From contig JAHFNH010000001.1 in assembly GCA_023267435.1 (NCBI GenBank), positions 16,253 to 80,252 on the forward strand: DNA of 64,000 nucleotides, in the 5' to 3' direction. The notes under the pieces were generated by a model. It saw only the letters and a program-made list of their open reading frames with translations, had not been told where the DNA came from and did not search any database. Shown here one piece after another: positions 10,468-20,874 of this stretch. The DNA comes from Candidatus Nomurabacteria bacterium. GTDB taxonomy: Bacteria > Patescibacteriota > Minisyncoccia > Phycocordibacterales > UBA9973. Both the position numbers and the translations under genes were made by a program. Positions within the stretch are counted from its first letter, which is position 1; every line of letters begins with the position of its first letter.

Positions 10468-10812
10468 GTCTAATTCACTACTAATTTTCTGTAATACTCC
10501 ATCTATATTTGCATTTACTTCATTGTTCCAAAAACGAAGAGTTTTTATTTCCAACCCAAGAAGATAGTTATCTCTTTCTTGATCGTACTCTTTATTATCT
10601 AAATGTTGAGAACCATCTAGTTCAACTGCTATTTTCTTATCAGGACAATAAAAATCTAAAATATATGGACCAATAGAATGTTGGCGTTTAAATTTAAAAC
10701 CGAGTTGATTTCTTCTTAACCTAGCCCAAAGTAGTACTTCTTGTGGAGTTTGATTTTTCCTCAATTCAATCCGGCGTTCTTTTAAAATTGGATGATTATG
10801 AGTAATAGTCAT
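10453..10812 (-). CDS. DUF559 / Vsr-like endonuclease domain protein (copy 2)
   Basis: LRKNQTPQEVLLWARLR..QLG.KFKRQH.IGPYI.DFYC...ELDGSQH...LRFWNNEV. Confidence 0.92.
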   Translation of the reverse strand: MTITHNHPILKERRIELRKNQTPQEVLLWARLRRNQLGFKFKRQHSIGPYILDFYCPDKKIAVELDGSQHLDNKEYDQERDNYLLGLEIKTLRFWNNEVNANIDGVLQKISSELDSPSH

Positions 10813-10830
10813 TTTAACTTTGTATTGTAT

Positions 10831-10870
10831 TCCTCCTCCCCTTCGCCAAGGGGAGGATTGAGGTGGGGTG
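10831..10870. repeat. boxC-like hairpin repeat upstream of DUF559 copy 2, inverted relative to 10430-10467
   Basis: tcctcctcccctt-cgcc-aaggggaggattgaggtggggtg. Confidence 0.75.
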
Positions 10871-10874
10871 CTAA

Positions 10875-11543
10875 CTATTTCTTCTTAGCCTTTACAATAA
10901 AAAATCCAGGATATTTACCACCATTTATCTGCTCAGCCGCAGGGTCCCATACTTCTTTATAATCTATCATTTCAAATTTACTGAAGAAATCTAAATTAAA
11001 GTATTCATTCATCGTATGAGTAGGCTCCTTTAATTCAACAGTGCCCTCTAAAATCAAACAATCAACAATGACTTGTTTGAAATAGTCACTAGCGAGTTTT
11101 TTTCTTTCAATAAATTGTCTAAATGGATGAGTTACAAGATAAACAAGTAAACCACCAGGTTTCAAAACGCGAAACATTTCATTAAAAATTTGTTTCATGT
11201 CTGGAGATGTCATGATTGCATATTTTGTAAAAACAGCATCAAATGAATTATTTTCAAATGGAATATTTTCGGCAAAACCTTGAATAAATTCAACAGATGG
11301 ATACTTTGTTTTTGCTATGTCGATAAGCGACTGTGACGCATCTAAACCAACAACAGTTGCTCCAATAGTTCTATAATATTCTGCGTCAATGCCATCACCG
11401 CATGCCAAATCTAACACTTTTTGGTTAGTTAAATCAGTTCCGGTCATACTTCTCATTTCAAACCTGTTTATTTGATTTTTCTCCTCTTGGTTTACTGAAA
11501 AATCTTGAGCGAATTCATCATATTGTGTACGTATATCATTCAT
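10875..11543 (-). CDS. Class I SAM-dependent methyltransferase
   Basis: VLDLACGDG, IPFENNSFD, RVLKPGG. Confidence 0.9.
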   Translation of the reverse strand: MNDIRTQYDEFAQDFSVNQEEKNQINRFEMRSMTGTDLTNQKVLDLACGDGIDAEYYRTIGATVVGLDASQSLIDIAKTKYPSVEFIQGFAENIPFENNSFDAVFTKYAIMTSPDMKQIFNEMFRVLKPGGLLVYLVTHPFRQFIERKKLASDYFKQVIVDCLILEGTVELKEPTHTMNEYFNLDFFSKFEMIDYKEVWDPAAEQINGGKYPGFFIVKAKKK

Positions 11544-11550
11544 ATAATTT

Positions 11551-12867
11551 TTATACTAATCTATTTTTAATATAATCTTTTAGAGCTTCTACTTTTACTC
11601 TCTCTTGAGCACCTGTATCACGATCACGAACCGTTACTTCATTATCTGTTAAGGTTTCAAAATCAACTACAATACAAAATGGAGTACCTATCTCGTCTTG
11701 TCGGCGGTAACGCTTTCCAATGTTTCCATTGTCGTCCCATGCGACACGTCCAAACTCTGCTTTCAGTGGTGCGAAAACTTTTGTATTGGCATATTCCACA
11801 AGCTCTGGTTTATTTTTCAGTAATGGAGATACTGCACAAATAACCGGTGCCATGGAAGGCTTGAATTTCAAATATGAACGCACTTCCCCGTCCTTTTCAT
11901 CTTCTGCATAAGCAGAAGTAAGTAAAGCTAGAACTGCGCGATCCAGACCGAAAGATGGTTCGATAACATGAGGAATTATTTTCTTGGAATTTTCTTCGTC
12001 TATATAATCCAGCTTGTGAGTTTTCAAATCAAAATCAGAACGATAAGCCAGACCAAAAAGTTCTTTCTGTCCGAAAGGATATTCAAATTCGAAATCAACT
12101 GTACGAGAAGAATAATGCGCTCTATCTTCAGCTGCGATTTCAATATCATGAACTTTAGTCATGTCTATACCGATTTCTTCTATCCATTCAAACATTTCAT
12201 CTTTGAAAAATTCAAAATATCTTTCCCAATCTTCGGGGCGTACGAAATATTCTATTTCCATCTGCTCGAATTCTCTCTGGCGGAAAATAAAATCACGCGG
12301 AGTGATTTCGTTTCTGAAAGCCTTACCGATCTGAGCCATACCGAAAGGAAGCTTTGGGTGAAAAGCATCTACAGTATTTTTGAAATTTACGAATACACCT
12401 TGAGCTGTCTCAGGACGAAGATAAGAGATAGAAGAAGAATCTTCTGAAGCACCCACCTTGGTCTGAAACATCATATTGAACTGTCTGGCTTCACTTAACT
12501 TACCTCCACAATCTGCACACTTAACCTTATCTTCTATTTGATCTGCACGAAATCTTTTGTGACATTTATCGCACTCCACCATCGGATCTGCAAAATGTTC
12601 TGCGTGACCTGTCGCCTGCCAGACTTCCTGACGCATTAATATTGCCGCATCAATACCGTACATATCTCTGCGAGAATCCACAAATTTTTTCCACCAAGAA
12701 GCTTTTACATTATTTTTTAAAGCCAAACCGAAGTGTCCCCAGTCCCAAGTACCAGCGAGTCCCCCATATATTTCCGAACCAGGAAAAATAAAACCTCGTC
12801 TCTTACAAAGTGAAACTATCTTTTCCATTAATTCAGATCCTTCTTTCTTTTCGTTTTCTTTAGACAT
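11551..12867 (-). CDS. glyQS: Glycine--tRNA ligase, alpha2 (GlyQS) type
   Basis: LRPETAQG, FRNEITPRDFIFRQREFEQME, IEPSFGLDR, IGKRYRRQDEIGTP. Confidence 0.96.
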   Translation of the reverse strand: MSKENEKKEGSELMEKIVSLCKRRGFIFPGSEIYGGLAGTWDWGHFGLALKNNVKASWWKKFVDSRRDMYGIDAAILMRQEVWQATGHAEHFADPMVECDKCHKRFRADQIEDKVKCADCGGKLSEARQFNMMFQTKVGASEDSSSISYLRPETAQGVFVNFKNTVDAFHPKLPFGMAQIGKAFRNEITPRDFIFRQREFEQMEIEYFVRPEDWERYFEFFKDEMFEWIEEIGIDMTKVHDIEIAAEDRAHYSSRTVDFEFEYPFGQKELFGLAYRSDFDLKTHKLDYIDEENSKKIIPHVIEPSFGLDRAVLALLTSAYAEDEKDGEVRSYLKFKPSMAPVICAVSPLLKNKPELVEYANTKVFAPLKAEFGRVAWDDNGNIGKRYRRQDEIGTPFCIVVDFETLTDNEVTVRDRDTGAQERVKVEALKDYIKNRLV

Positions 12868-12892
12868 ATTTTAAAAATTATTTATTAAAAAA

Positions 12893-14821
12893 TTACTGCG
12901 TTACCCTCTCCGAGCCAGCTGGGAAAGATGGATCGCTTGAAAGTCGAGTATTAAGAGAAGCCTTATTGACTCTCACATCCACATTAGCAAAATCATCGTG
13001 TCCGGTCAAAACTGCATCATTAATAATCGTCGGTGTCGTGTTCACTTGTGAAAGTGATGGTAGAAATGCAATCTGGAAAGAAACTTCTCTGTCGGTGCTG
13101 GTAATGCCGGTACCTTTTGGAATCCCGCCGACATTCCAAACAATTTCCTTGGAAGAAGGATTGTAAGTCAAATCTTCAGTCGAAGGAGAAATTGGTCCGA
13201 CAAATTTTACCCACGGAGGAAGCGATGAAGTAACTTGTGCTTTGGAAGCGTTATTAGATGTATTAGAAAGAGCCCAGACTACTGTGTAAGTCGTTTCTTG
13301 TTCCACTTTCGGAGGCAATGGTCCAGTGTTTGCGAATGCGCCGGAATAATATAAAGCTTTTGTGGAAAGGCCGACATCGGAAATAACTCTAATAATTTTA
13401 GATTCTGAATTTGTTAGCTCCTGCAAAGCATTACCTTCGAGGGGCTGTTTGCCACTAATGGAAACATCAATATTCACAGTCGGATCAGTAACCATACCAC
13501 CACTGCCTGAAAATAGAGGCAAGGAAGCAAGAGAAAATGAGACAGTTCCAGAATCACTTGGATTAATCTCGGCAAAAGTATTGTCAGAATTTTTATCCCA
13601 AATAATAGAATTCAGAGAAGAATTATAAAATCCATGTTGGCTGTCGATCGTATTTCGATTTACCGCATTGCCGGAAATTTTCGCGGTGATTACTAGGTCG
13701 TTTATTTTTGTCGGCAAATTATTTATCCAATGTATTTCTCCCTGGATCGGAGTTTTAGAATCTGTCGCATATTCCCTCTGGTAAACGCCATTCACATAAA
13801 GCTGCGCCGCGATAAATGGTTTTTTAATCGTAATAGTTTGAGCTAAAGAATTGAAAACAACTCCGATCATCGTCTTGTCTTTTTCACTCTGTGATCCGCT
13901 CAAAATATGAAAAGTTTTATCTTCTCCGTCAAACACATCCACCATTTTACCGGTTATTGAAATATTGCTCTGTGCGCCAGGAGCCAGATCACCCAAGCTC
14001 CAGACATTATTGCCGAGCGATGGCGCCGGCTTGGATGTCTCAAACTGGAAACCTACTGGGTAGTCAATCTTGAGCATCATATTGGAAGCTATTTTAGTGG
14101 CATTCAATGTCGCCTTCACATTCAAAGTAACTTCTTGATTTGGACTTGCCTCCGTCGGAGCATCGACAGAAAGATTGATCGGAGCAGAACTGATAGTGAC
14201 TTGAAAATCTGTTGCTTTTACGAAAATAGCATTGGACCCTTCCACTCGATATTCCAAAGAAATTTTTACCGGCTGGATGCTATTCTGTTCTCCAAAAAGA
14301 GTTATTTTTACATTTTCCATATGCACAGTGCCGGCTGGAATAGTTCCTAAAGATACACGAACATGATCTGTATCACCTGTTACACCGCTGGTACTCTTGG
14401 GATATTCCACAACCAGATCCGCCAATTCAAGAGCCGCATTATTTTTATTTGTAATTTCAACTTGAAGAGGAAGCTCTTCCCCGCCAGCCGTAAAAGTATT
14501 GCCCAATACAGCAATATCAATATTGTTATTAGAAACAGTATTGCCTCCATTAAAGTAAGTAAAAAAAGCAAAGCCTAAAGCCAAAACAAAAAAACCTATC
14601 GAAAAAATAAAAAATTTCTTAAACATTGATGTTTTCATATAAAATTTTTCCATAGAATCAGATTCGCCCACTGCCTCCTTTTTCCAAGAATCCGGAATAT
14701 CTTTTTTCTGCCGATACATAAAACCATCGTGACGATCTATTCTGGACTGAAAACTCTTGCTGAAAAGTTTCGTTTTTAAATCTTCTAATCTATTTAGTTT
14801 TTCTTTGTCATTTAAAGCCAT
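12893..14821 (-). CDS. Membrane-anchored hypothetical protein with Ig-like (DUF11-like) repeats
   Basis: One N-terminal TM, then beta-rich repeats with W(S/N/D)LG-type motifs. Confidence 0.7.
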   Translation of the reverse strand: MALNDKEKLNRLEDLKTKLFSKSFQSRIDRHDGFMYRQKKDIPDSWKKEAVGESDSMEKFYMKTSMFKKFFIFSIGFFVLALGFAFFTYFNGGNTVSNNNIDIAVLGNTFTAGGEELPLQVEITNKNNAALELADLVVEYPKSTSGVTGDTDHVRVSLGTIPAGTVHMENVKITLFGEQNSIQPVKISLEYRVEGSNAIFVKATDFQVTISSAPINLSVDAPTEASPNQEVTLNVKATLNATKIASNMMLKIDYPVGFQFETSKPAPSLGNNVWSLGDLAPGAQSNISITGKMVDVFDGEDKTFHILSGSQSEKDKTMIGVVFNSLAQTITIKKPFIAAQLYVNGVYQREYATDSKTPIQGEIHWINNLPTKINDLVITAKISGNAVNRNTIDSQHGFYNSSLNSIIWDKNSDNTFAEINPSDSGTVSFSLASLPLFSGSGGMVTDPTVNIDVSISGKQPLEGNALQELTNSESKIIRVISDVGLSTKALYYSGAFANTGPLPPKVEQETTYTVVWALSNTSNNASKAQVTSSLPPWVKFVGPISPSTEDLTYNPSSKEIVWNVGGIPKGTGITSTDREVSFQIAFLPSLSQVNTTPTIINDAVLTGHDDFANVDVRVNKASLNTRLSSDPSFPAGSERVTQ

Positions 14822-14841
14822 TACGAAATTATATCACACTT

Positions 14842-15423
14842 TTAAAGGTGTGTTTCCTTTAGTGCTTTATTTATTTCGGATAAAATATGAGTTCGATTTT
14901 TGGAAACTTCAAACATCAACTCGTCTTCAAACGGAGATTTGACCAGAGTTTTTAAATCTTCGCCTCCGCCGATATAACCCAAATTATCCAGAATGCGCAA
15001 AACAATCACCATCTCAATATTGCGCAATTCTTCCATTGTCTCAGTTTTTTCTAAAATAAAAAATCCTTTCAATAAATCTGCGAACAATTCCGGGTTGGAA
15101 TCTTCCCCTGCCAGTAAGCGTTTTAGCAGTTTAGAAATCTTTTCCATTATTTCTAAAGTCTCCGGTCTTTTCGATAGACTTTCAAGCTCGTTTGTTTTAG
15201 ATGCACTCGTGATGCGCCAAAAATCTTTTCCACGCACGAAATCAACTTTCACATAAGAAAAATCTTGCAGGACAAAACGAAGCTTCGAAGATATTTTTCG
15301 AACTCCCTGCGCTGAAGCATGGATCATTCCCAAGTCACGAGTAAAAACAGAATAATATTTCCCCGCTTCTCCGAAATTCCTACTCCCTAAAATTATTCCT
15401 TCTGTATGATAAATGTGGTGCAT
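14842..15423 (-). CDS. recO: DNA repair protein RecO
   Basis: TEGIILGSRNFGEA...FTRDLG.I.A.AQGVRK..SKL. Confidence 0.85.
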   Translation of the reverse strand: MHHIYHTEGIILGSRNFGEAGKYYSVFTRDLGMIHASAQGVRKISSKLRFVLQDFSYVKVDFVRGKDFWRITSASKTNELESLSKRPETLEIMEKISKLLKRLLAGEDSNPELFADLLKGFFILEKTETMEELRNIEMVIVLRILDNLGYIGGGEDLKTLVKSPFEDELMFEVSKNRTHILSEINKALKETHL

Positions 15424-15432
15424 TAAAATTAT

Positions 15433-15762
15433 TTATTTTGAAATATCTTCTAGAGCATGAATATCAAAAGCAACTTCTTCATATGGATGTACTTTTTTCA
15501 TTGCTTCTATAACTTTAGATAAAATTTCTCTTGAAACAACAACTTCTATTCTTTCTTCTATCACTTCCTCAAGTTTGCCAACTTCACCTATTGCTGGATT
15601 TGCTCCTTCTACGGGTAAAAATCTCCCTATTCCTTTAGAAGAGAAACTACAAAAATTATAATTTCCAATTACACCCGCTCCAGCTTCACCCATTGCCTGC
15701 CTAACTTTTTCAGTATGATTTTCCGGAACAAATACTACCAGTTTTACATTTTTTGATTGCAT
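15433..15762 (-). CDS. YqfO/NIF3-associated PII-like small protein
   Basis: KLVVFVP, AGAGVIGNY..CSF, HPYEEVAFDI. Confidence 0.85.
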   Translation of the reverse strand: MQSKNVKLVVFVPENHTEKVRQAMGEAGAGVIGNYNFCSFSSKGIGRFLPVEGANPAIGEVGKLEEVIEERIEVVVSREILSKVIEAMKKVHPYEEVAFDIHALEDISK

Positions 15763-15767
15763 ACCTT

Positions 15768-16382
15768 TTATTTTAACACACTATTTATAGCACTTTCTAA
15801 ATCTATAGGATTATCAATAATTAAAGCTGGATTGCCTTTTTCTAAAGTTTCTTTTTCGTGTAATCCCCAAGTTACAGCAATTGATTTTATTTTACATTCG
15901 TTCGCTTCTAATATATCACCTAAGGTATCTGTAATAAAAACACAATCATTCGAAGAAATAGAATGATCATTAAGTAGTTTATTTAATTTCACAACTTTAC
16001 TGACATGAAAATCAAAACCTAAAATTTCATCAAAGTATTTATCTATCCCTTCCCTTTTTAAATGATCAGTAATGGCTAAGGTGTATCCAGAGGTAACAAT
16101 AGATAGAGAATTATCTTTTGCTAATTTGATAACCAACTCTTTTAGAATCGGAGGTATATTTATATCGCATATTTTTTCGCCATAAAGAGTGTGGAAATCT
16201 GGATGAGGAGAAAATTTCTTATTTTTTATTCCAGAACGCAAAGCTGTATAAAAATTACCATGGGACATTTCTTTAAAATCCTGCCAGGAATGATCTGGAT
16301 TGTTTGCCTTGTTAAGTTCGTAACACATTAAAAGTGTATCAATTAATACCCCATCAAAATCAAAAATAACAAGTTTTTTCAT
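15768..16382 (-). CDS. HAD family hydrolase
   Basis: IFDFDGVLIDT, TDTLGD, AVTWG. Confidence 0.9.
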   Translation of the reverse strand: MKKLVIFDFDGVLIDTLLMCYELNKANNPDHSWQDFKEMSHGNFYTALRSGIKNKKFSPHPDFHTLYGEKICDINIPPILKELVIKLAKDNSLSIVTSGYTLAITDHLKREGIDKYFDEILGFDFHVSKVVKLNKLLNDHSISSNDCVFITDTLGDILEANECKIKSIAVTWGLHEKETLEKGNPALIIDNPIDLESAINSVLK

Positions 16383-16383
16383 T

Positions 16384-19300
16384 TTATTTTTGAATCTTTA
16401 TCTTAAAGGCAAGTACGTCAACTTTTATTTCTTCGCCTTCATTAGTTACAAATTCTATTTTTGAAGCAAGGACTGTCTTTTTAAGATCAACTTCAAATTT
16501 TTCTATGAGTTTCTTTCCTTCTTCACTCGTTTCAATTGAAAGAGAAATCACATCCGATGGAGTAAGCCCAGACTTTTTGCGCATATCCTGCACACCACGT
16601 ACGAATTCACGATAATCCCCCTCTTCTTTTAATTCTGGAGTGATATTTATATCGAGAGATACTTCTGTTTCTAAACCACTATTCTCAACTATTTCTTTCA
16701 CATTCAATTCGTCTTTAATAACTTCAGAATATGGGGCACCGAGCTTATATTCTTTCACTTCAATTTTTGCCAACGGCTGACGCACTTTCATTCCTGCTTT
16801 CTGACGTGCTTCCAGTCCGAGTGAAACAACCTTTCGGATTTCCGCCATATTTGCAATAACATCGAAATTTATTTCATTCGCAACTGGCCAATGAGACAAA
16901 TGCACAGATTCTTCATCATGCTCATTTTTTAATTTCAACCAGATATCATCTGCTGAAAATGGTGCAAATGGCGCCATTAATTTCGCAATATTTTTTAATA
17001 CAAAATACAAAGTTTGTTTCGCATCGGCATCCCCTTCTTTTATTCTGTCTCTAGATCTTCGAACATACCAAGTCGAAAGGTCATCAATAAAATCTTTTAT
17101 TGCACGGACAGATTCTAGAAGTTTATAATTATCCATTTTTTCAGTCACAAGTGTAGTCAATTCATCCAAGCGTGCCAAAATCCATTGATCGAGAATATTG
17201 CCAGATTTTAAGTCTTTCACATCTTGTTCCAAATAAGTATCTCGGTAAAGCTCATAAAAAGCTAAAACATTATAAAGCAAACCAAAAACCTGACGATGAG
17301 TTTCATTCACAGTTCTTTCGTCAAAATTCTTTGATTCGCCTGGCTGATTTACTGAATACATCCAAAGACGCAAAGTATCCACGCCATATTTATCCATCGC
17401 AGTCCAAGGATCAACGACGTTACCGATAGACTTCGACATTTTTTTTCCTTCCTTATCTAAAATATGTCCTAGACAAATAACATTCTTGTAAGGTGTTCCT
17501 CTTCCCATAAGCACTCCCACTGCGAGCAAAGTATAAAACCATCCGCGAGTCTGGTCAATCGCTTCAGAAATAAAGTCCGCCGGATAACCTGCCCCTTCTA
17601 CCCATTCTTTATTTTCAAATGGATAATGGTCCTGAGCGAAAGGCATCGCACCAGAATCAAACCAAACATCCATCACTTCTTTTACTCTCTTCATTTCTCC
17701 TCCGCAAACTTGCCCCGCCTTGGCGTGGGTGCAAACAAGTTTTACATCATCAATAAATGGTCGGTGTAAATCAAGCTCGTAGTTTTCATTGTGTGGAAGC
17801 GGTACGAAACTAAGTTCCCGCACTTCAGCATTAGTAAAATGTTTAAAGCTTCCAAAAACTCCTTTTTCAATTTCTTCCGAATGACGGAAAGATCCACCGG
17901 TCATACTAATAGATTCATCTCCAGAATATCCACACGCTCCGGCAAAAAGCATCCATAATGGTGAGCCATGACTCAGTATTAAAATATTTTTATTTTTATA
18001 CTTTTCTTCGAGTTCATAAACAAAACTCATCATTCTATTTTTTACATCAAGCAATGATTCACCTTTATGTTTTGCAGAGAAAAATCTTTCATTAGCATCT
18101 TTAAATATATTTTTGTATTCATTCCAATTCTTTCCTTCAAAATCTCCTGCGTCTATTTCTGACAATCTTTTATCAAAAATTATTTGTTCATCTTTATAAC
18201 CCAATTTGTCTTTCAATATTTCTATAGTTTCGCGAGTACGCATGAAAGGTGAAACGAAAACTAAATCAATTTTTTCATCTTTCAATGATTCTACAGCTTG
18301 AAGTGCTTGCGCTTTACCTTGTTCCGTTAAATGATCTATATCTTCTACTCGTGAACAAACAACTCCGTGCAAATTATCTTTCACATTGCTCTCAGACTGT
18401 CCATGTCGCATGACAAAATATTTGTTACCAGATTTTATTACTTTTTGTTTTAAATCATCAATACTACCGACAATATGTCGATCGGTACATAAATCACACA
18501 CCCAAATAGGCAAAGGTGTTCCCCAGTATCGCTCGCGAGATATCGCCCAATCTTTCACCTCACGAAGCCATTCTCCGAATCTGCCTTCTCTGATATAAGC
18601 CGGTTCCCAATTTATTTTTTCATTCTCTTTCATTAAATCTTCTCGAAGAGAGGACATGTTGATATACCAAGAATCTCGTGCGAAATAAATCAATGGGGTT
18701 TGACAGCGCCAACAATGCGGATAATTGTGTTCGTATTTTTCTTTTTTCAAAAGCAGTCCACGGTGTGCCAAATCTTTGATTATTTCTACAGCTGTTTCTT
18801 CGTCTTTTACAAACTTACCTGCGAGAAAACCGGCAAATTTCAAAAAATTACCGTCTTCTCCGACCAGGTGGAATTTTGGCAAACCAATTTTGGTACCCAA
18901 TTCAAAATCATCTGCTCCATACATCACTGCTGTATGTACTACTCCTGTACCATCCACGGTCGTCACAAAATCGGCTGGATAAATTTTAAATGCATTACCC
19001 AACTTTTCTTTTTCCGCGCCAGAAATATTATCTTTCAAAAATGGATAAAGGGGTTCGTACTCCAAACCGAGTAAATCTTTGCCTTTCATTTTTGAAACTA
19101 TTTCATATTCCCCCACCAGCACATCTAAACGCGCTTCCGCTAAAATTAGAAATTCTTCTCCTTGCTTTACTTTCACGTAATTAATATCTTCCCCTACTGC
19201 TAAACCAACGTTACCCGGTAAAGTCCAAGGAGTTGTCGTCCAAGCTAAGACAAAAGTATTTTCTTCTCCGATTATTTTAAATTTCACAAAAACAGATAAT

Positions 19301-19914
19301 TCTTTTATATCTTTATAACCTTGCGCCAATTCATGCGAAGAAAGAGCTGTTCCGCAACGAGGACACCAAGGCAAAACTTTGTAATCCTTGTATAAAAGTT
19401 TTTTATCATCGACTGTTTTAACAACATTCCAAACTGACTCCATAAAATGTTTATCATAAGTAACATATGGATTCTCTTTATCGATCCAGTATCCTGTACG
19501 GTCAGTAAATTGTTCCCACACATCTATGTGCTTCCAAACACTTTCTTTACACTTCTTATTAAATGCTTCTATGCCGTAAACTTCAATTTCTTTTTTAGAT
19601 TTTAAGCCAAGTTCCTTTTCAACTTTTAACTCAACAGGCAAACCGTGAGTGTCCCATCCTCCTTTGCGTCGCACATGATAACCACGCATTGTTTTATATC
19701 GAGGCAAAGCATCTTTAAAACACCTTGGTTCAAGATGGTGAATACCGGGCATACCGTTCGCAGTTGGCGGGCCATCATAAAAAACGAACTCACCGCTCGG
19801 TGCTGGTTTTTTTAAAGATTTATTAAAAATATCTTTTTCTTTCCAAAATTCTAAAACTCGCTCTTCACGGAGCGCAGACTCACTTTTATTACTTATTTCT
19901 TTGTTTTCAGCCAT
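16384..19914 (-). CDS. ileS: Isoleucine--tRNA ligase (type 2) with inserted histidine phosphatase domain
   Basis: FYDGPP, GWDTHGLPVE, WTTTPWTLP, ISRERYWG, KMSKS; internal MRHGQS...SP..RT.ET...SHG domain. Confidence 0.95.
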   Translation of the reverse strand: MAENKEISNKSESALREERVLEFWKEKDIFNKSLKKPAPSGEFVFYDGPPTANGMPGIHHLEPRCFKDALPRYKTMRGYHVRRKGGWDTHGLPVELKVEKELGLKSKKEIEVYGIEAFNKKCKESVWKHIDVWEQFTDRTGYWIDKENPYVTYDKHFMESVWNVVKTVDDKKLLYKDYKVLPWCPRCGTALSSHELAQGYKDIKELSVFVKFKIIGEENTFVLAWTTTPWTLPGNVGLAVGEDINYVKVKQGEEFLILAEARLDVLVGEYEIVSKMKGKDLLGLEYEPLYPFLKDNISGAEKEKLGNAFKIYPADFVTTVDGTGVVHTAVMYGADDFELGTKIGLPKFHLVGEDGNFLKFAGFLAGKFVKDEETAVEIIKDLAHRGLLLKKEKYEHNYPHCWRCQTPLIYFARDSWYINMSSLREDLMKENEKINWEPAYIREGRFGEWLREVKDWAISRERYWGTPLPIWVCDLCTDRHIVGSIDDLKQKVIKSGNKYFVMRHGQSESNVKDNLHGVVCSRVEDIDHLTEQGKAQALQAVESLKDEKIDLVFVSPFMRTRETIEILKDKLGYKDEQIIFDKRLSEIDAGDFEGKNWNEYKNIFKDANERFFSAKHKGESLLDVKNRMMSFVYELEEKYKNKNILILSHGSPLWMLFAGACGYSGDESISMTGGSFRHSEEIEKGVFGSFKHFTNAEVRELSFVPLPHNENYELDLHRPFIDDVKLVCTHAKAGQVCGGEMKRVKEVMDVWFDSGAMPFAQDHYPFENKEWVEGAGYPADFISEAIDQTRGWFYTLLAVGVLMGRGTPYKNVICLGHILDKEGKKMSKSIGNVVDPWTAMDKYGVDTLRLWMYSVNQPGESKNFDERTVNETHRQVFGLLYNVLAFYELYRDTYLEQDVKDLKSGNILDQWILARLDELTTLVTEKMDNYKLLESVRAIKDFIDDLSTWYVRRSRDRIKEGDADAKQTLYFVLKNIAKLMAPFAPFSADDIWLKLKNEHDEESVHLSHWPVANEINFDVIANMAEIRKVVSLGLEARQKAGMKVRQPLAKIEVKEYKLGAPYSEVIKDELNVKEIVENSGLETEVSLDINITPELKEEGDYREFVRGVQDMRKKSGLTPSDVISLSIETSEEGKKLIEKFEVDLKKTVLASKIEFVTNEGEEIKVDVLAFKIKIQK

Positions 19915-20029
19915 AGTTAGCTGATTTTAGCATAAAATATCCTAGATTTCATCCCACCTTTAAAAAATTAAAATAAAAAAAATGCGCTGGATTTTTCAAC
20001 CCAACGCACTCATTACTAACCAACTAAAC

Positions 20030-20704
20030 TTAAACATTTTGTTTCCATTTTTTACGCAAATCCCGTGCACGAACAGTGATGCCTTTTTTAGGACGTACTA
20101 CATTCTGATAATACTCTGTTCTGTTTTTAAGAGCATCGAAATGCTGCCTTAAACGGTCGGGAATTTTTCCCAAATAAAAAGGTATGGTGACTTTTTTATT
20201 TATCGGTGAAACCCAAACAGTTTCAACATCAGTTTGCTTAATGTTAAAAAGTAAATTGGTACCTTCAATAAATGGACGATCTTCCAACCTATTTATCAAA
20301 AAAGCAACTTCATTAACAATGTTTTTAATGAACGAATTCATATTTGTACGATAGAATTTTCGTATGTAAACTCTTTCAGTAATACCTTTGTTTATTACCA
20401 CCCAGCCACATCCACCGATTGAGGTGAAACCACCATTCAATCCTAAATTTGGATTGAATGAAGTATGCACTCTTATACAATAGTCTTGAAACCATTTTTG
20501 ATAGCTGAGCTGATCCTTTGTTTGTTTTATTCTTGCAACATCAGGCGGTTTACGATCAAACCTTTTAGCTTCTTTAGTTAAAATTTGTTCTGTTATTAAT
20601 TCAAGACCCAGTTTTAACAGATCCCGATTTAAAACAATAAATCTGCGATGATTCATTCCTTCCGGTTCCAGACATTGCTGGGATTTTAGTTTTCCTTTTT
20701 TCAT
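20030..20704 (-). CDS. Hypothetical basic protein
   Basis: 224-aa ORF with flanking hairpins; no recognised motif. Confidence 0.65.
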   Translation of the reverse strand: MKKGKLKSQQCLEPEGMNHRRFIVLNRDLLKLGLELITEQILTKEAKRFDRKPPDVARIKQTKDQLSYQKWFQDYCIRVHTSFNPNLGLNGGFTSIGGCGWVVINKGITERVYIRKFYRTNMNSFIKNIVNEVAFLINRLEDRPFIEGTNLLFNIKQTDVETVWVSPINKKVTIPFYLGKIPDRLRQHFDALKNRTEYYQNVVRPKKGITVRARDLRKKWKQNV

Positions 20705-20824
20705 TTTCTATATTATTTTTTGAGGTTCATATCTTAAATCTTTATACCAAAAAACACTCTCTTTGTCAAAGGGTGTTTTTAAATAATATTTTTACTATTC
20801 GGAAAGACTTTTCTTGTAAAAAAG

Positions 20825-20850
20825 AAAGCCCTTCCAAAAGGAAGGGCTTT
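20825..20850 (-). terminator. Intrinsic terminator
   Basis: aaagcccttcc-aaaa-ggaagggcttt. Confidence 0.7.
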
Positions 20851-20874
20851 TAATTTTAATTACAGTAAATTATT

